This document shows positions 1 to 9,290 of a stretch of 32,000 nt of DNA, in pieces. The stretch is taken from assembly GCF_000953395.1 (NCBI RefSeq), contig NZ_LN649236.1:180001-212000 (forward strand), read 5' to 3'. The position numbers and the translations under genes were made by a program. The stretch comes from Candidatus Portiera aleyrodidarum. GTDB taxonomy: Bacteria; Pseudomonadota; Gammaproteobacteria; Johnevansiales; Johnevansiaceae. Under the pieces are notes generated by a model, which did not search any database, was not told the origin of the DNA, and was given only the letters and a program-made list of their open reading frames with translations. Numbering within the stretch: position 1 is the first letter of the stretch; every line of letters starts with the position of its first letter.

Positions 1-817
1 TAACAATTAAATTATTTTTTAATATATAATATATAGCTTTTTTATTGGTTAATGCCTCAATACGACGTATTCCTTTATATACACTTTTTTCGGACACAAT
101 ACAAAAATTCACAATATTTTTTGTATTTTTTATATGAGTTCCATTACATACTTCTATTGAATAACTACCCTCTTTTCCAATAAATACTACATTTAATTTA
201 TTTTTAATATAATTCGTTTCAAATACTAAATTTATGTCTTGTAATGATAAATTTTTTATAAAAATGATATTTTTTTTTAGAATTTCATTATTGATTAAGT
301 GTTCAATAATAAATAATTGTTCATTTGAAATATTTTTATAATAATTAAAATCCAAAGTTATTTTTTTTTCATTAATTAAACATCCTTTTTTCACAATATT
401 TATATTTAATACTCTTTTTAACGTTTCATTTAATAAATGTATTGCAGAATGATTTATACTTAGTTTATAACGAACAAATTTATCTATATAAACATTTACC
501 TTATTATCAATCACTAACTGACCTTTTAACAATATTCCTATATGTAAATATAAATTGTTATATTTTTTAACATGATATACTTTAAATTTTCCTATATCAT
601 TATATATATATCCAATATCGCTAATTTGTCCACAAGATTCAAAAAAAAATGATGTGGTTTTTAAAATAATAATTCCTTCTACATTTTCTTTTATAAATTT
701 TATTTTGTTACCTTTTTTATTACAAAGTTGTATGATTTTTGTTTTATATTTATATATATTTAAACTACTTACATAAGTTTTTTTATTTAATAATGTTTGT
801 CTCAACTCTGCTATCAT
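1..817 (-). CDS. alaS: Alanyl-tRNA synthetase-derived beta-barrel + editing module. The N-terminus is complete and the C-terminus runs off the window. No aminoacylation domain lies upstream.
   Basis: The minus-strand frame is open from the ATG at 815-817 to the window edge, and an in-frame TAA (818-820) lies immediately upstream. The translation MIAELRQTLL..TSFFFESCGQISDIGYI..INHSAIHLLNETLKRVL..SIEVCNGTHIKNT..GIRRIEALT matches E. coli AlaRS FYAESGGQVGDKG, HSATHL, ELCGGTH and GVRRIEAVTG. It is absent from the ORF track because it has no stop inside the window. Confidence 0.7.
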   Translation of the reverse strand, partial: MIAELRQTLLNKKTYVSSLNIYKYKTKIIQLCNKKGNKIKFIKENVEGIIILKTTSFFFESCGQISDIGYIYNDIGKFKVYHVKKYNNLYLHIGILLKGQLVIDNKVNVYIDKFVRYKLSINHSAIHLLNETLKRVLNINIVKKGCLINEKKITLDFNYYKNISNEQLFIIEHLINNEILKKNIIFIKNLSLQDINLVFETNYIKNKLNVVFIGKEGSYSIEVCNGTHIKNTKNIVNFCIVSEKSVYKGIRRIEALTNKKAIYYILKNNLIV

Positions 818-1010
818 TTATACCCCAGCAACGTAATTACATCCAAATATGTACCTTATCATTAACTCTAATCTAGACAATAAATAATCTTTTGTTTATT
901 TCTAAAGTTTTCATAAATTACCTATCATATCTGTTTTTTTGCAAATTAATTCTTTTTTTATTATTATATGTTTAATATACTATTATTAATTTGATATTTT
1001 TTATACTACA

Positions 1011-3536
1011 ATGAAAAAGAATTTATATAATACCACACCCATAATTACACAATATTTAAAAATCAAAAATAAATATAAAAATATTTTATTATTATATCGT
1101 ATGGGTGATTTTTATGAATTCCTTTTTGAAGATGCACACCAAGCATCTGCTTTATTAAATATACAATTAACTAGTAAAGGAAAATATAATAATAAACCTA
1201 TTCCAATGGCTGGAATACCTTCTCATAGTATAAATACATATTTAAAACGTATAATCACTACCGGAATATCTGTTGCTATTTGTGAACAAATACCAAATAA
1301 AAAAACAAATAATAAAAAATTAATAGAAAGAAAAGTAATTAGAGTAATAACACCTGGAACTATATATGAAGAACATTTATTAGATGAAAATAAAGATAAT
1401 TTAATTTTATCTATAATATATCAAAATAATATATGGGGTATTGCTTGGTTAGAATTAACCACAGGAGATTTTGGGGTATTAGAAGTGAATAATCAACAAA
1501 AGTTAATTTTAGAATTAGAAAGATTAAATCCTGTGGAATTATTAATTCCTAGTTCCACTCAAACATTACCTCCCCTTCCAATAAAAAAATCCATAATCAA
1601 TCATATAAATGAAGAATATTTTCATTATCAAAATGCTTATAATATATTATATAACAAATTAAAAATAAAAAATATAGATACTAAACTTCATAATGGCGTA
1701 TCTGCAGCTGGTGCTATAATTCACTATATAAATAATAATAAAATTTATAATTTATCACATATTAATCATTTAATTTTTGAAAAAAACAAATATAATTTAA
1801 ATATAGATCGTACCACTAAAAAACATTTAGAAATTGATATAAATGTGAATGGTAAACAAGAAAATACATTATTTAGTGTTTTAAACACAACAATGACAAA
1901 TATGGGTAGTAGATTATTAAAAAAATGGATTAATAATCCCATTACAAATTATAAATTAATTGAATTAAGACAAAATGCCATTCAGATTATTATCAATAAT
2001 GATTTAATATATATTTTAAAAAAAAATATAAAAAAAATTGGAGATATAGAACGTATTATTACTAGAATAGCTTTAAAAAAAGCCACACCCATAGATTTAA
2101 TAAAATTTAAAAATGCTTTAAAAGCATTTCCTAAAATTAAAAATATATTAAATATAATTTTAAAAACAAATCAACACATCAAATCTATACTTAATAAAAT
2201 ATATATATATATTTTTATATATCCACATATAGAATTACTTTTACATGATGCTTTAATCGACAATCCTCCTCATGCTATTAGAGATGGATATGTAATCAAA
2301 TCTAATTTTAATCTAAAATTAGATACATTACGTGAAATATATAATAATTCAGAAAAATATATAAGAAATTTTGAAAATAAAGAAAAAATTCGTACAGGTA
2401 TACATAAATTAAAAATTAATTTTAATAAACTTAATGGTTTTTTTATAGAATTACCTAAAAATAAAAAAACTAATTACAAAATACCTAAAGAATATATAAA
2501 AAATAAAACATTAAAACATTCAGAACGATTTTATTCTAAAGAATTACAATCTTTTGAAAACTTATTAATAGAATCTAAAACAAATTCATTCGAATATGAA
2601 ACAAACATTTATAACAAAATAATTAATATTATTATTCATAATATAAAAGGTTTATTAAAAACATCCAAAGCAATAGCTGCATTAGATGTTATTACAACTT
2701 TATCTGAAAGAGCTATATCTCTGAATTTTTGTAAACCAATAATCAATAAAAACAAAATAGGCATAAAAATCATCGAGGGTAGACATCCGATAATAGAATC
2801 TGTCAATAAACATCAATTTATACCTAATAACTTATATTTAAATAATAAATCTAATATAAAAATTATTACAGGACCTAATATGGGAGGTAAATCTACTTAT
2901 ATTAGACAAAATGCTATAATAGTTTTATTAACTTATATAGGCAGTTATGTACCTGCTAAATATGCTGAAATTGGTCCTATTGATAAAATTTTTACTAGAA
3001 TAGGATCTTATGATGATTTAAGTGCTGGAAAATCATCATTTATGATAGAAATGCAGGAAACGGCTAATATATTAAATACCGCAACCTTTAAAAGTTTAGT
3101 ATTACTGGATGAAATAGGAAGAGGAACGAATCCTACTGAGGGTTTATCTATCGCTTGGGCTTGTTTAGAAAAATTAATACAAATTCAAGCTTTAACTTTA
3201 TTTTCTACTCATTATTTTAGTTTAACTCAAATAGAAAAAAAATTTCAACAAATAAAAAATATACATTTTAATGCCTTAATCACTAATAATAAAATTACTT
3301 ATATGTATAATATTAATCAAGGTGCAACCCACAATAGTTATAGTTTAAATGTGGCTAGTTTAGCACATATACCACTTTTTATTATCAATAAATCAACCCA
3401 TATTTTTAATATATTAAAAAAACATAAAAACAATCACACAAAAATATATAATTTAATACATTTTCTCAAAAATTTAAAATTCAAAAAAATAACCATGTAT
3501 CTAAATCTTTTAAAAAATTTAATAAAAAAAATATAA
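1011..3536 (+). CDS. mutS: DNA mismatch repair protein MutS
   Basis: 841-aa ORF. The N-terminus has QYL..K....LLLYRMGDFYEFLFEDA (Phe-X-Glu mismatch motif). Walker A GPNMGGKSTYIRQ, DEIGRGT and STHYF are also present. Confidence 0.95.
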   Translation: MKKNLYNTTPIITQYLKIKNKYKNILLLYRMGDFYEFLFEDAHQASALLNIQLTSKGKYNNKPIPMAGIPSHSINTYLKRIITTGISVAICEQIPNKKTNNKKLIERKVIRVITPGTIYEEHLLDENKDNLILSIIYQNNIWGIAWLELTTGDFGVLEVNNQQKLILELERLNPVELLIPSSTQTLPPLPIKKSIINHINEEYFHYQNAYNILYNKLKIKNIDTKLHNGVSAAGAIIHYINNNKIYNLSHINHLIFEKNKYNLNIDRTTKKHLEIDINVNGKQENTLFSVLNTTMTNMGSRLLKKWINNPITNYKLIELRQNAIQIIINNDLIYILKKNIKKIGDIERIITRIALKKATPIDLIKFKNALKAFPKIKNILNIILKTNQHIKSILNKIYIYIFIYPHIELLLHDALIDNPPHAIRDGYVIKSNFNLKLDTLREIYNNSEKYIRNFENKEKIRTGIHKLKINFNKLNGFFIELPKNKKTNYKIPKEYIKNKTLKHSERFYSKELQSFENLLIESKTNSFEYETNIYNKIINIIIHNIKGLLKTSKAIAALDVITTLSERAISLNFCKPIINKNKIGIKIIEGRHPIIESVNKHQFIPNNLYLNNKSNIKIITGPNMGGKSTYIRQNAIIVLLTYIGSYVPAKYAEIGPIDKIFTRIGSYDDLSAGKSSFMIEMQETANILNTATFKSLVLLDEIGRGTNPTEGLSIAWACLEKLIQIQALTLFSTHYFSLTQIEKKFQQIKNIHFNALITNNKITYMYNINQGATHNSYSLNVASLAHIPLFIINKSTHIFNILKKHKNNHTKIYNLIHFLKNLKFKKITMYLNLLKNLIKKI

Positions 3537-4421
3537 TTATATTTTTTTTCCATAATTTTGATTTTTTGCTTTATAACTAGATCTTATTAAAGGACCCGAA
3601 GCAATATAATTAAAACCTAAAATATAACATATTTTTGCATAAAAATAAAAACTTGTTGGATGAACCCATCGTTGAATTGGTAAATGAAATTTAGATGGTG
3701 AAATATATTGTCCTATAGTTATAATATCTACTTTATTTTTTTTTATATCTTTTATAACATTGATCATTTGTTTATCATTTTCACCTAATCCTACCATTAA
3801 ACCTGATTTCGTTTTTACTTTTGGACAATAATTTTTATATTGTTTTAATAACTTAAGTGAATAACAATAATTTCCACCTGGTTTAACTTTTAAATATAAA
3901 TTGTGTATAGTTTCTATATTATGATTTAATACATTAGGTTTATTTTTTATTAATATCTTAATCGCAATATCACTTTTGCCTCTAAAATCAGGTACTAAAA
4001 CTTCTATTTTGATATTTTTATATAATCTGTTTATTGCTCCAATACATTTTGAAAAATGATTAGCCCCTCCATCATATAAATCATCACGATTTACTGAAGT
4101 AATTACTATATATTTTATATTTAATTTAATAATTAATTTTATGATATCAAAAGGTTCATAATAATTTATATTCGTGGTATTACCATATGACACATCACAA
4201 AAAGGACATTTTCTAGTACATTTATTTCCTAAAATCATAATGGTTGCTATACGTTCATGAAAACATTTGATCAAATTAGGACAAGATGATTCTTCACAAA
4301 CTGTATGTAAATAATTTTTCCGTAATTTATTTTTTATATTTTTGATTTCATTATATATAGGTATACGTAATTTAATCCAATTAGGTTTTTTCATATTTTG
4401 TTTAAAAAACCTTTTATCCAA
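3537..4421 (-). CDS. lipA: Lipoyl synthase (radical SAM)
   Basis: Contains the cysteine motifs CEESSCPNLIKCF and CTRKCPFC and lies downstream of lipB. An alternative start ATG at 4392-4394 (MKKPNWIKLRIP) would form an ATGA overlap with the lipB stop. Confidence 0.93.
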   Translation of the reverse strand: MDKRFFKQNMKKPNWIKLRIPIYNEIKNIKNKLRKNYLHTVCEESSCPNLIKCFHERIATIMILGNKCTRKCPFCDVSYGNTTNINYYEPFDIIKLIIKLNIKYIVITSVNRDDLYDGGANHFSKCIGAINRLYKNIKIEVLVPDFRGKSDIAIKILIKNKPNVLNHNIETIHNLYLKVKPGGNYCYSLKLLKQYKNYCPKVKTKSGLMVGLGENDKQMINVIKDIKKNKVDIITIGQYISPSKFHLPIQRWVHPTSFYFYAKICYILGFNYIASGPLIRSSYKAKNQNYGKKI

Positions 4422-5035
4422 ACTTGTGCTTCTAATTTGAAATTAATAGGATATTTATATATATCAGTAAGTTTGATCATTTTTATATTAACTAAACCAC
4501 ACGGATTTATATTTTTAAATAGTTTTTTTTCATAATTAACATTATATGATACACCATGTAAACTACATCCTTTATTTATACATAAACCTACTGAAGCAAT
4601 TTTATATTCTTTATTTTGTAATAAAATATACACCCCATGATGAGTTTTTGTATATGCCTTTATCTTATGATAAAATAATATATTTATTATATTTTTTTCT
4701 AAAATATTTATTAATTTATAAATAGTTATTTTTAAACGTTTAATATTTAATAATATATAAAAAATAATTTGTCCTGGAGTATGAAAGGTAAATTTTCCTC
4801 CTCTATTTATTTTTAATAACATGATATTATGTTGTATCACAAAATTATTTAATTTATCTAAATTCCCTTTAGTAAATATTGAAAAATGTTCTACAATTAA
4901 AATTTTATCAGGATCTTTTTTATTTCGATATTTAGAATATATATTCATATATTTCAAAATATATTGATAGTTATATATCTTTCCTAAACAAACCAATATT
5001 ACAATTGGTGTATGTAATATATATGTAAACATCAC
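4391..5035 (-). CDS. lipB: Octanoyltransferase (lipoate-protein ligase B)
   Basis: Contains the RGGKFTFHTPGQ, KIASVG and NPCG motifs and sits immediately upstream of lipA on the same strand. Confidence 0.9.
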   Translation of the reverse strand: MMFTYILHTPIVILVCLGKIYNYQYILKYMNIYSKYRNKKDPDKILIVEHFSIFTKGNLDKLNNFVIQHNIMLLKINRGGKFTFHTPGQIIFYILLNIKRLKITIYKLINILEKNIINILFYHKIKAYTKTHHGVYILLQNKEYKIASVGLCINKGCSLHGVSYNVNYEKKLFKNINPCGLVNIKMIKLTDIYKYPINFKLEAQVWIKGFLNKI

Positions 5036-5053
5036 TTACAGAAAGTTGGATTG

Positions 5054-5139
5054 TGGAAGGCGTGGGATTTGAACCCACGAATTTTTATAAAATTACTTGT
5101 TTTCGAAACAAGTGCAATCAACCTCTCTGCCAGCCTTCC
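5054..5139 (-). tRNA. tRNA-Ser, anticodon read as CGA (type II, long variable arm)
   Basis: Hand-folded cloverleaf: acceptor GGAAGGC/GCCTTCC, anticodon stem CTTGT/ACAAG with loop TTCGAAA, variable arm AATTTT-ATA-AAAATT, and T arm GTGGG-TTCAAAT-CCCAC. No CCA is encoded. Confidence 0.85.
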
Positions 5140-5142
5140 ATA

Positions 5143-5230
5143 CGGAGGGACAGGGATTTGAACCCTGGAAAAGTAATTAACTTTTGTCGGTTTTCAAAAC
5201 CGATGCATTCAACCACTCTGCCACCCCTCC
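5143..5230 (-). tRNA. tRNA-Ser, anticodon UGA (type II, long variable arm)
   Basis: Hand-folded cloverleaf: acceptor GGAGGGG/TCCCTCC, anticodon stem TCGGT/ACCGA with loop TTTGAAA, variable arm AAAAGT-TAAT-ACTTTT, and T arm CAGGG-TTCAAAT-CCCTG. No CCA is encoded. Confidence 0.85.
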
Positions 5231-5237
5231 TATATAA

Positions 5238-5660
5238 TTATATTATAGTTATAATAATTTTATTATTATTTAAATTATTAGTGTCATTATAAAATTTATT
5301 TTTTTTTACACAAATAATATATTTTATATTATTTTTATTTATTCCTTTTACTACTAAATTATTAAAAATAAAATTCATTCTATATTTATTTAAATATAAA
5401 TTATATTTGATATTTCCTAAACCTATTGTATTAATTTTTAATAATATTTTTTTATTTGGATTATTACGCATATATATAATATATTGATTTAAAATATTAT
5501 TAAATTTGTTATTAAAAAAATAAATATCATAATTAAAATAAATATTTTTAATAAAAGGTAATTTGTTATAAATAATATCATTATTTAATTTCATATTATT
5601 ATTTTTATTTAATAATAATAATATTGAAAAAATTATTATTAATAATTTTTTATTGTTCAT
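5238..5660 (-). CDS. Degenerate OmpA-domain protein, Pal/OprL-like, with a signal peptide but no lipobox cysteine
   Basis: The hydrophobic N-terminus is MNNKKLLIIIFSILLLL. The C-terminal part, NIYFNYDIY..F..IL......MRNNPNKKILLKINT..GN.KYNLYLNKYRMNF....L..KGI....I........NNKIIITI, aligns by eye with E. coli Pal (NIVYFDLDKYDI...[40 protein letters not shown]..DQI...NRRAVLVY). Its position after ruvC matches ruvC..tol-pal synteny. Confidence 0.55.
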   Translation of the reverse strand: MNNKKLLIIIFSILLLLNKNNNMKLNNDIIYNKLPFIKNIYFNYDIYFFNNKFNNILNQYIIYMRNNPNKKILLKINTIGLGNIKYNLYLNKYRMNFIFNNLVVKGINKNNIKYIICVKKNKFYNDTNNLNNNKIIITII

Positions 5661-6139
5661 ATTGTTGTATTTTTGTATTTATAATAATGTGTTAAAGCAA
5701 TTGCTATTGCATCTATAGCATCATAACTATTAATATATCTTAATTTGAAAAACGAACAAACTATTTGTTTTAAAATTAATTTATTGGATGCACCATATCC
5801 TGTAATACATTGTTTTATTAAACGAGATGAATATTCAAACACTGGTAAATTATGATTTGCAGCACATACTATAGCTGTTCCTCTTGCTTGAATTAACCTT
5901 AAAGTTTTAAAAATATTTTTTTTATTAGATATAAATACTTCTTCTATTGCAACTTCATAAGGACAATAATGAGCTAGTATCTCACTAATGCCACTATATA
6001 GAAATTTTAATTTTTTTGAAAAATTATTAATCTTAATCACATTTATATAACCACTATCCATATAATATGGATAATCTTTTATCTTTATTAAACCAAAACC
6101 AGTTTTTAACAATCCAGGATCTATACCTAAATATATCAT
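5657..6139 (-). CDS. ruvC: Holliday junction resolvase RuvC
   Basis: 160 aa. The N-terminal MIYLGIDPGLLKTGFGLI matches RuvC ILGIDPGSRVTGYGVI. An ATGA overlap joins it to the downstream ORF. Confidence 0.9.
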   Translation of the reverse strand: MIYLGIDPGLLKTGFGLIKIKDYPYYMDSGYINVIKINNFSKKLKFLYSGISEILAHYCPYEVAIEEVFISNKKNIFKTLRLIQARGTAIVCAANHNLPVFEYSSRLIKQCITGYGASNKLILKQIVCSFFKLRYINSYDAIDAIAIALTHYYKYKNTTI

Positions 6140-6140
6140 G

Positions 6141-7832
6141 TTAAATTTCTGAAGGTGCTCCTGTTAACGGACAAATAAATTGGTTGTTTTTAGGAAACGC
6201 AATAACATCTCTAATATTCTTAGATTGTGTTAATAACATGACTATACGATCTAAACCTAAAGCTAACCCTCCATGTGGCGGTACACCATATTTAAAAGCT
6301 TTTAAAAAAAAACAAAAATTTTTATTAATTTTTGTATAACTTAATCCTAATATTTTTAATATTATTTTTTGAATTTTTTCATGATTTATACGAATTGACC
6401 CACCACCTAATTCAATACCATTAATTATTAAATCAAAAGAATTAGCAACCGATTTTTCGGGATTATATATTACTTCGTATAAAGTAGATTTAGGTGCAGT
6501 AAATGGATGATGATATGATGTTAATAGTCCTGAATCATCACGTTTAAATAAAGGAAAATTTATTACCCATATGGGTGCCCATTGTTTGATATAAAGATTA
6601 AAATCTTTTGCTAATTTTGTTATTAACGCTGACAATGAAGAATTCACAATATTTTTTTTACCAGCACAACAAAAAATTATATCTCCATTTTTTATATGTA
6701 ATTTTTTGATAAGTTTTTTGATAACTTCATCTGTTAGATTTTTTAAAATAGGAGATTTTAAACCATTTAAACCTACTTCTATATTGTAAAATTTTATCCA
6801 GATTAAACAGTTTGCACCATATAATTTAACATACTTCTTTATTTGTTTAACAGATAAAACAACACCTCCTTTAAAATTTATAGCAGCTATTCTAGTATTT
6901 TTACTTTTTTTAAATATATGTATATTTTTAGGAATTAAATCATCTATATCTTTGATTATTATTGGAATTCTTAAATCGGGTTTATCTGTTCCATATTTTT
7001 TCATAGCCTCTTTATATTCTATTTGTTTAAATTCTGGTGAGAAATTTACATTCAATATTTCTTTAAATAAATATTTAATCATATTTTCAATAATATTCAT
7101 TATTGCTTTTTTATTCATAAATGAAGTTTCTATATCAATTTGTGTAAATTCTGGTTGTCTATCCGACCGTAAATCTTCATCTCTAAAACATTTAGCAATT
7201 TGATAATATCTATCTAAACCTGAAAACATTAAAAGTTGTTTATATATTTGAGGTGATTGAGGTAATGCAAAAAATTTATTTAAAGTTTTATGACTTGTTA
7301 TAATAAAAGTACGTGCCCCTTCAACAGTAATCTTACTTAATATAGGTGTTTCGATTTCAATAAATTGATTCAACTTTAAAAAGTTTCTAATATTATGATT
7401 TATTGTAGAACGAATAATTAACTTATTTATATATTTTTTACGACGTAAATCAATATAACGATATTTAAATCTTATTTCTTCTTTAAGTGTTTTATTATCA
7501 GATAATTTAAACGGTAAAGTTATTGATTTACTTAAAATATTTAATTCAATTATAAATATATCAATCATATTGGTTAAATTATTTTTTTCAGGTCTTAATT
7601 TTATCAATCCTATTATTTTGATAATATATTCAGATTTTATTTTTTTTGCTAAAACAAAATTTGTAAAATCAATTTTTTTTGAATCAATAACTATTTGAAG
7701 AATACCATACATATCACGTAAATCTATAAAGACAAGGCGACCATGATCACGTATGTTGTTAACCCATCCGTATAATGTTACATAACTATTTATAAAATGT
7801 TTATTGACTTGACCACAAAAAATACTACGCAT
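6141..7832 (-). CDS. aspS: Aspartyl-tRNA synthetase, probably non-discriminating because gatCAB is present
   Basis: 563 aa. Contains the class II motifs [29 protein letters not shown] and LGLDRIVM. Confidence 0.95.
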   Translation of the reverse strand: MRSIFCGQVNKHFINSYVTLYGWVNNIRDHGRLVFIDLRDMYGILQIVIDSKKIDFTNFVLAKKIKSEYIIKIIGLIKLRPEKNNLTNMIDIFIIELNILSKSITLPFKLSDNKTLKEEIRFKYRYIDLRRKKYINKLIIRSTINHNIRNFLKLNQFIEIETPILSKITVEGARTFIITSHKTLNKFFALPQSPQIYKQLLMFSGLDRYYQIAKCFRDEDLRSDRQPEFTQIDIETSFMNKKAIMNIIENMIKYLFKEILNVNFSPEFKQIEYKEAMKKYGTDKPDLRIPIIIKDIDDLIPKNIHIFKKSKNTRIAAINFKGGVVLSVKQIKKYVKLYGANCLIWIKFYNIEVGLNGLKSPILKNLTDEVIKKLIKKLHIKNGDIIFCCAGKKNIVNSSLSALITKLAKDFNLYIKQWAPIWVINFPLFKRDDSGLLTSYHHPFTAPKSTLYEVIYNPEKSVANSFDLIINGIELGGGSIRINHEKIQKIILKILGLSYTKINKNFCFFLKAFKYGVPPHGGLALGLDRIVMLLTQSKNIRDVIAFPKNNQFICPLTGAPSEI

Positions 7833-7868
7833 TATTTGATTTCCATAAAAAATATATAATTTACAAAA

Positions 7869-9290
7869 ATGAATAATTATAATAAAATTAACTATCTATA
7901 TATAAAATATATAAATATTATAAAATATAAACAAGAGATATTAATGAAAATTAATAATATTATTCCTAAATTATTTACAGCTTTATCAAAAAAAGATTAT
8001 ACAAAAATAAAAAACATATTAAAATATTTTCGTTCCGCTGATATTGCTGATAAAATTTCACGTCAATCAAATAAATTCATATTACAAATATTAAATAGTC
8101 AAAAATCTAAAAGAAAAGCTGATATATTTTCTTATTTACCAAAAGATAAACAACTTGAAATTACTAAAAAACTTAATAATGAAGAAATCATAAAACTGTT
8201 TGTAAAAATGAATTCTGATGATAGTGCTGATGTATTTAATATGTTTGAACCAAGACGTAGAGAAAATATATTACGTAGTATGGCAAAGAAAGTTAGAGAA
8301 AATATTATAAAACTTTCTAGTTATGAAGATGGAACTGCAGGTGCTATTATGACATCAAATTATGTTGTTATACCTGACAATATAAATGTTTTACAAGCGT
8401 TAAACAAAATTAAACAAACAGCACCTGATGCAGAAACAATTTATCAAATATATGTATTAGATAAAAATCAAAAATTAACAGGAACCTTATCATTACGGCA
8501 AATAATTTTAGCTAATCCTATTGCTTTAATAAAAGATTTAATGATAAAAGATGTAATATATGTTACTACAAATTCCAAACAAGAATATGTAACTAAACTT
8601 ATTTCTCATTATGATTTTTTAGCCATCCCTGTAATTAATTCTGAACATAAATTAGTAGGTATCATTACATATGATGATGCTATGGATGTTGTAGAAAGAG
8701 AAACAACAGATGATTTTCATAAATCAGGTAGTGTAGGTACATTAGAATATAATATTGTTCGTACCAACTTATGGACGTTATATAGTAAACGTATATTTTG
8801 GTTAATTTTATTAATTTTTGGTAATTTATTTTCTGGAGCTGGAATATCACAATATGAAGAAACAATTTATTCTAAAATAGCTTTAGTTTTTTTCTTACCT
8901 TTATTAATAGGTAGTGGTGGTAATGCTGGATCACAAGCAGCTACTCTTATGATAAGAGGGTTAGGTACAGGAGAAATTAACATTAAAGATTGGGCTAAAT
9001 TAATGAGTAAAGAATTATTAGTTTCCGGAATATTAGGTTTCACAATGGCCATTGTAATATATCCCATTGGATATATTAGAGGAGGTATCGAAGTAGCATC
9101 TTCTGTAGCCATTAGTATGATAATAATTGTAATTATAGGTAGTTTACTCGGTATGTCTTTACCTTTTTTTTTAAATCGATTAGGATTCGATCCGGCTGCT
9201 GCTAGTGCTCCATTAGTTGCTACTTTATGTGATACATTAGGAGTTGTAATTTTTTTTTCTATAGCAACAATAATACTTAACGGCAAATAA
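7869..9290 (+). CDS. mgtE: Magnesium transporter MgtE
   Basis: Has an N-terminal MgtE-N region, a CBS pair region, and a C-terminal TM domain with [11 protein letters not shown]. An alternative start at 7944 (MKINNIIPK) is preceded by AAGAGA. Confidence 0.9.
   Translation: MNNYNKINYLYIKYINIIKYKQEILMKINNIIPKLFTALSKKDYTKIKNILKYFRSADIADKISRQSNKFILQILNSQKSKRKADIFSYLPKDKQLEITKKLNNEEIIKLFVKMNSDDSADVFNMFEPRRRENILRSMAKKVRENIIKLSSYEDGTAGAIMTSNYVVIPDNINVLQALNKIKQTAPDAETIYQIYVLDKNQKLTGTLSLRQIILANPIALIKDLMIKDVIYVTTNSKQEYVTKLISHYDFLAIPVINSEHKLVGIITYDDAMDVVERETTDDFHKSGSVGTLEYNIVRTNLWTLYSKRIFWLILLIFGNLFSGAGISQYEETIYSKIALVFFLPLLIGSGGNAGSQAATLMIRGLGTGEINIKDWAKLMSKELLVSGILGFTMAIVIYPIGYIRGGIEVASSVAISMIIIVIIGSLLGMSLPFFLNRLGFDPAAASAPLVATLCDTLGVVIFFSIATIILNGK

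Noticed and set aside
939-967. Sigma70-like promoter upstream of mutS (TTGCAA, 17-bp spacer, TATTAT)
   Set aside because: The geometry is plausible, but -10-like hexamers occur almost everywhere in this A+T-rich sequence. There is too little support to annotate it as a feature.
818-1010. Possible relic of the missing AlaRS catalytic domain or a small RNA in the alaS/mutS spacer (slightly G+C-richer TACCCCAGCAACG at 821-833)
   Set aside because: Translations of the region upstream of the alaS-fragment ATG (I checked the two minus-strand frames that stay open there) give only short peptides with no resemblance to AlaRS. I could find no convincing secondary structure or conserved RNA motif by eye.
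5053-5292. 79-aa + strand ORF from the supplied track
   Set aside because: It is the antisense of the two tRNA-Ser genes (5054-5230) and runs into the antisense of the pal-like ORF. Its G+C-rich codons come from the tRNA stems, so it is not a gene.
5645-5665. Recurrence of ACAACAAT near gene junctions (ruvC end, clpX end at 10700-10712, glk end and repeat unit, crtB duplication)
   Set aside because: The motif is made of common Asn/Gln/Thr codons in an A+T-rich genome. It is absent at the other ATGA junctions (gatB/crtI, crtI/crtB), so coincidence is the simplest explanation.
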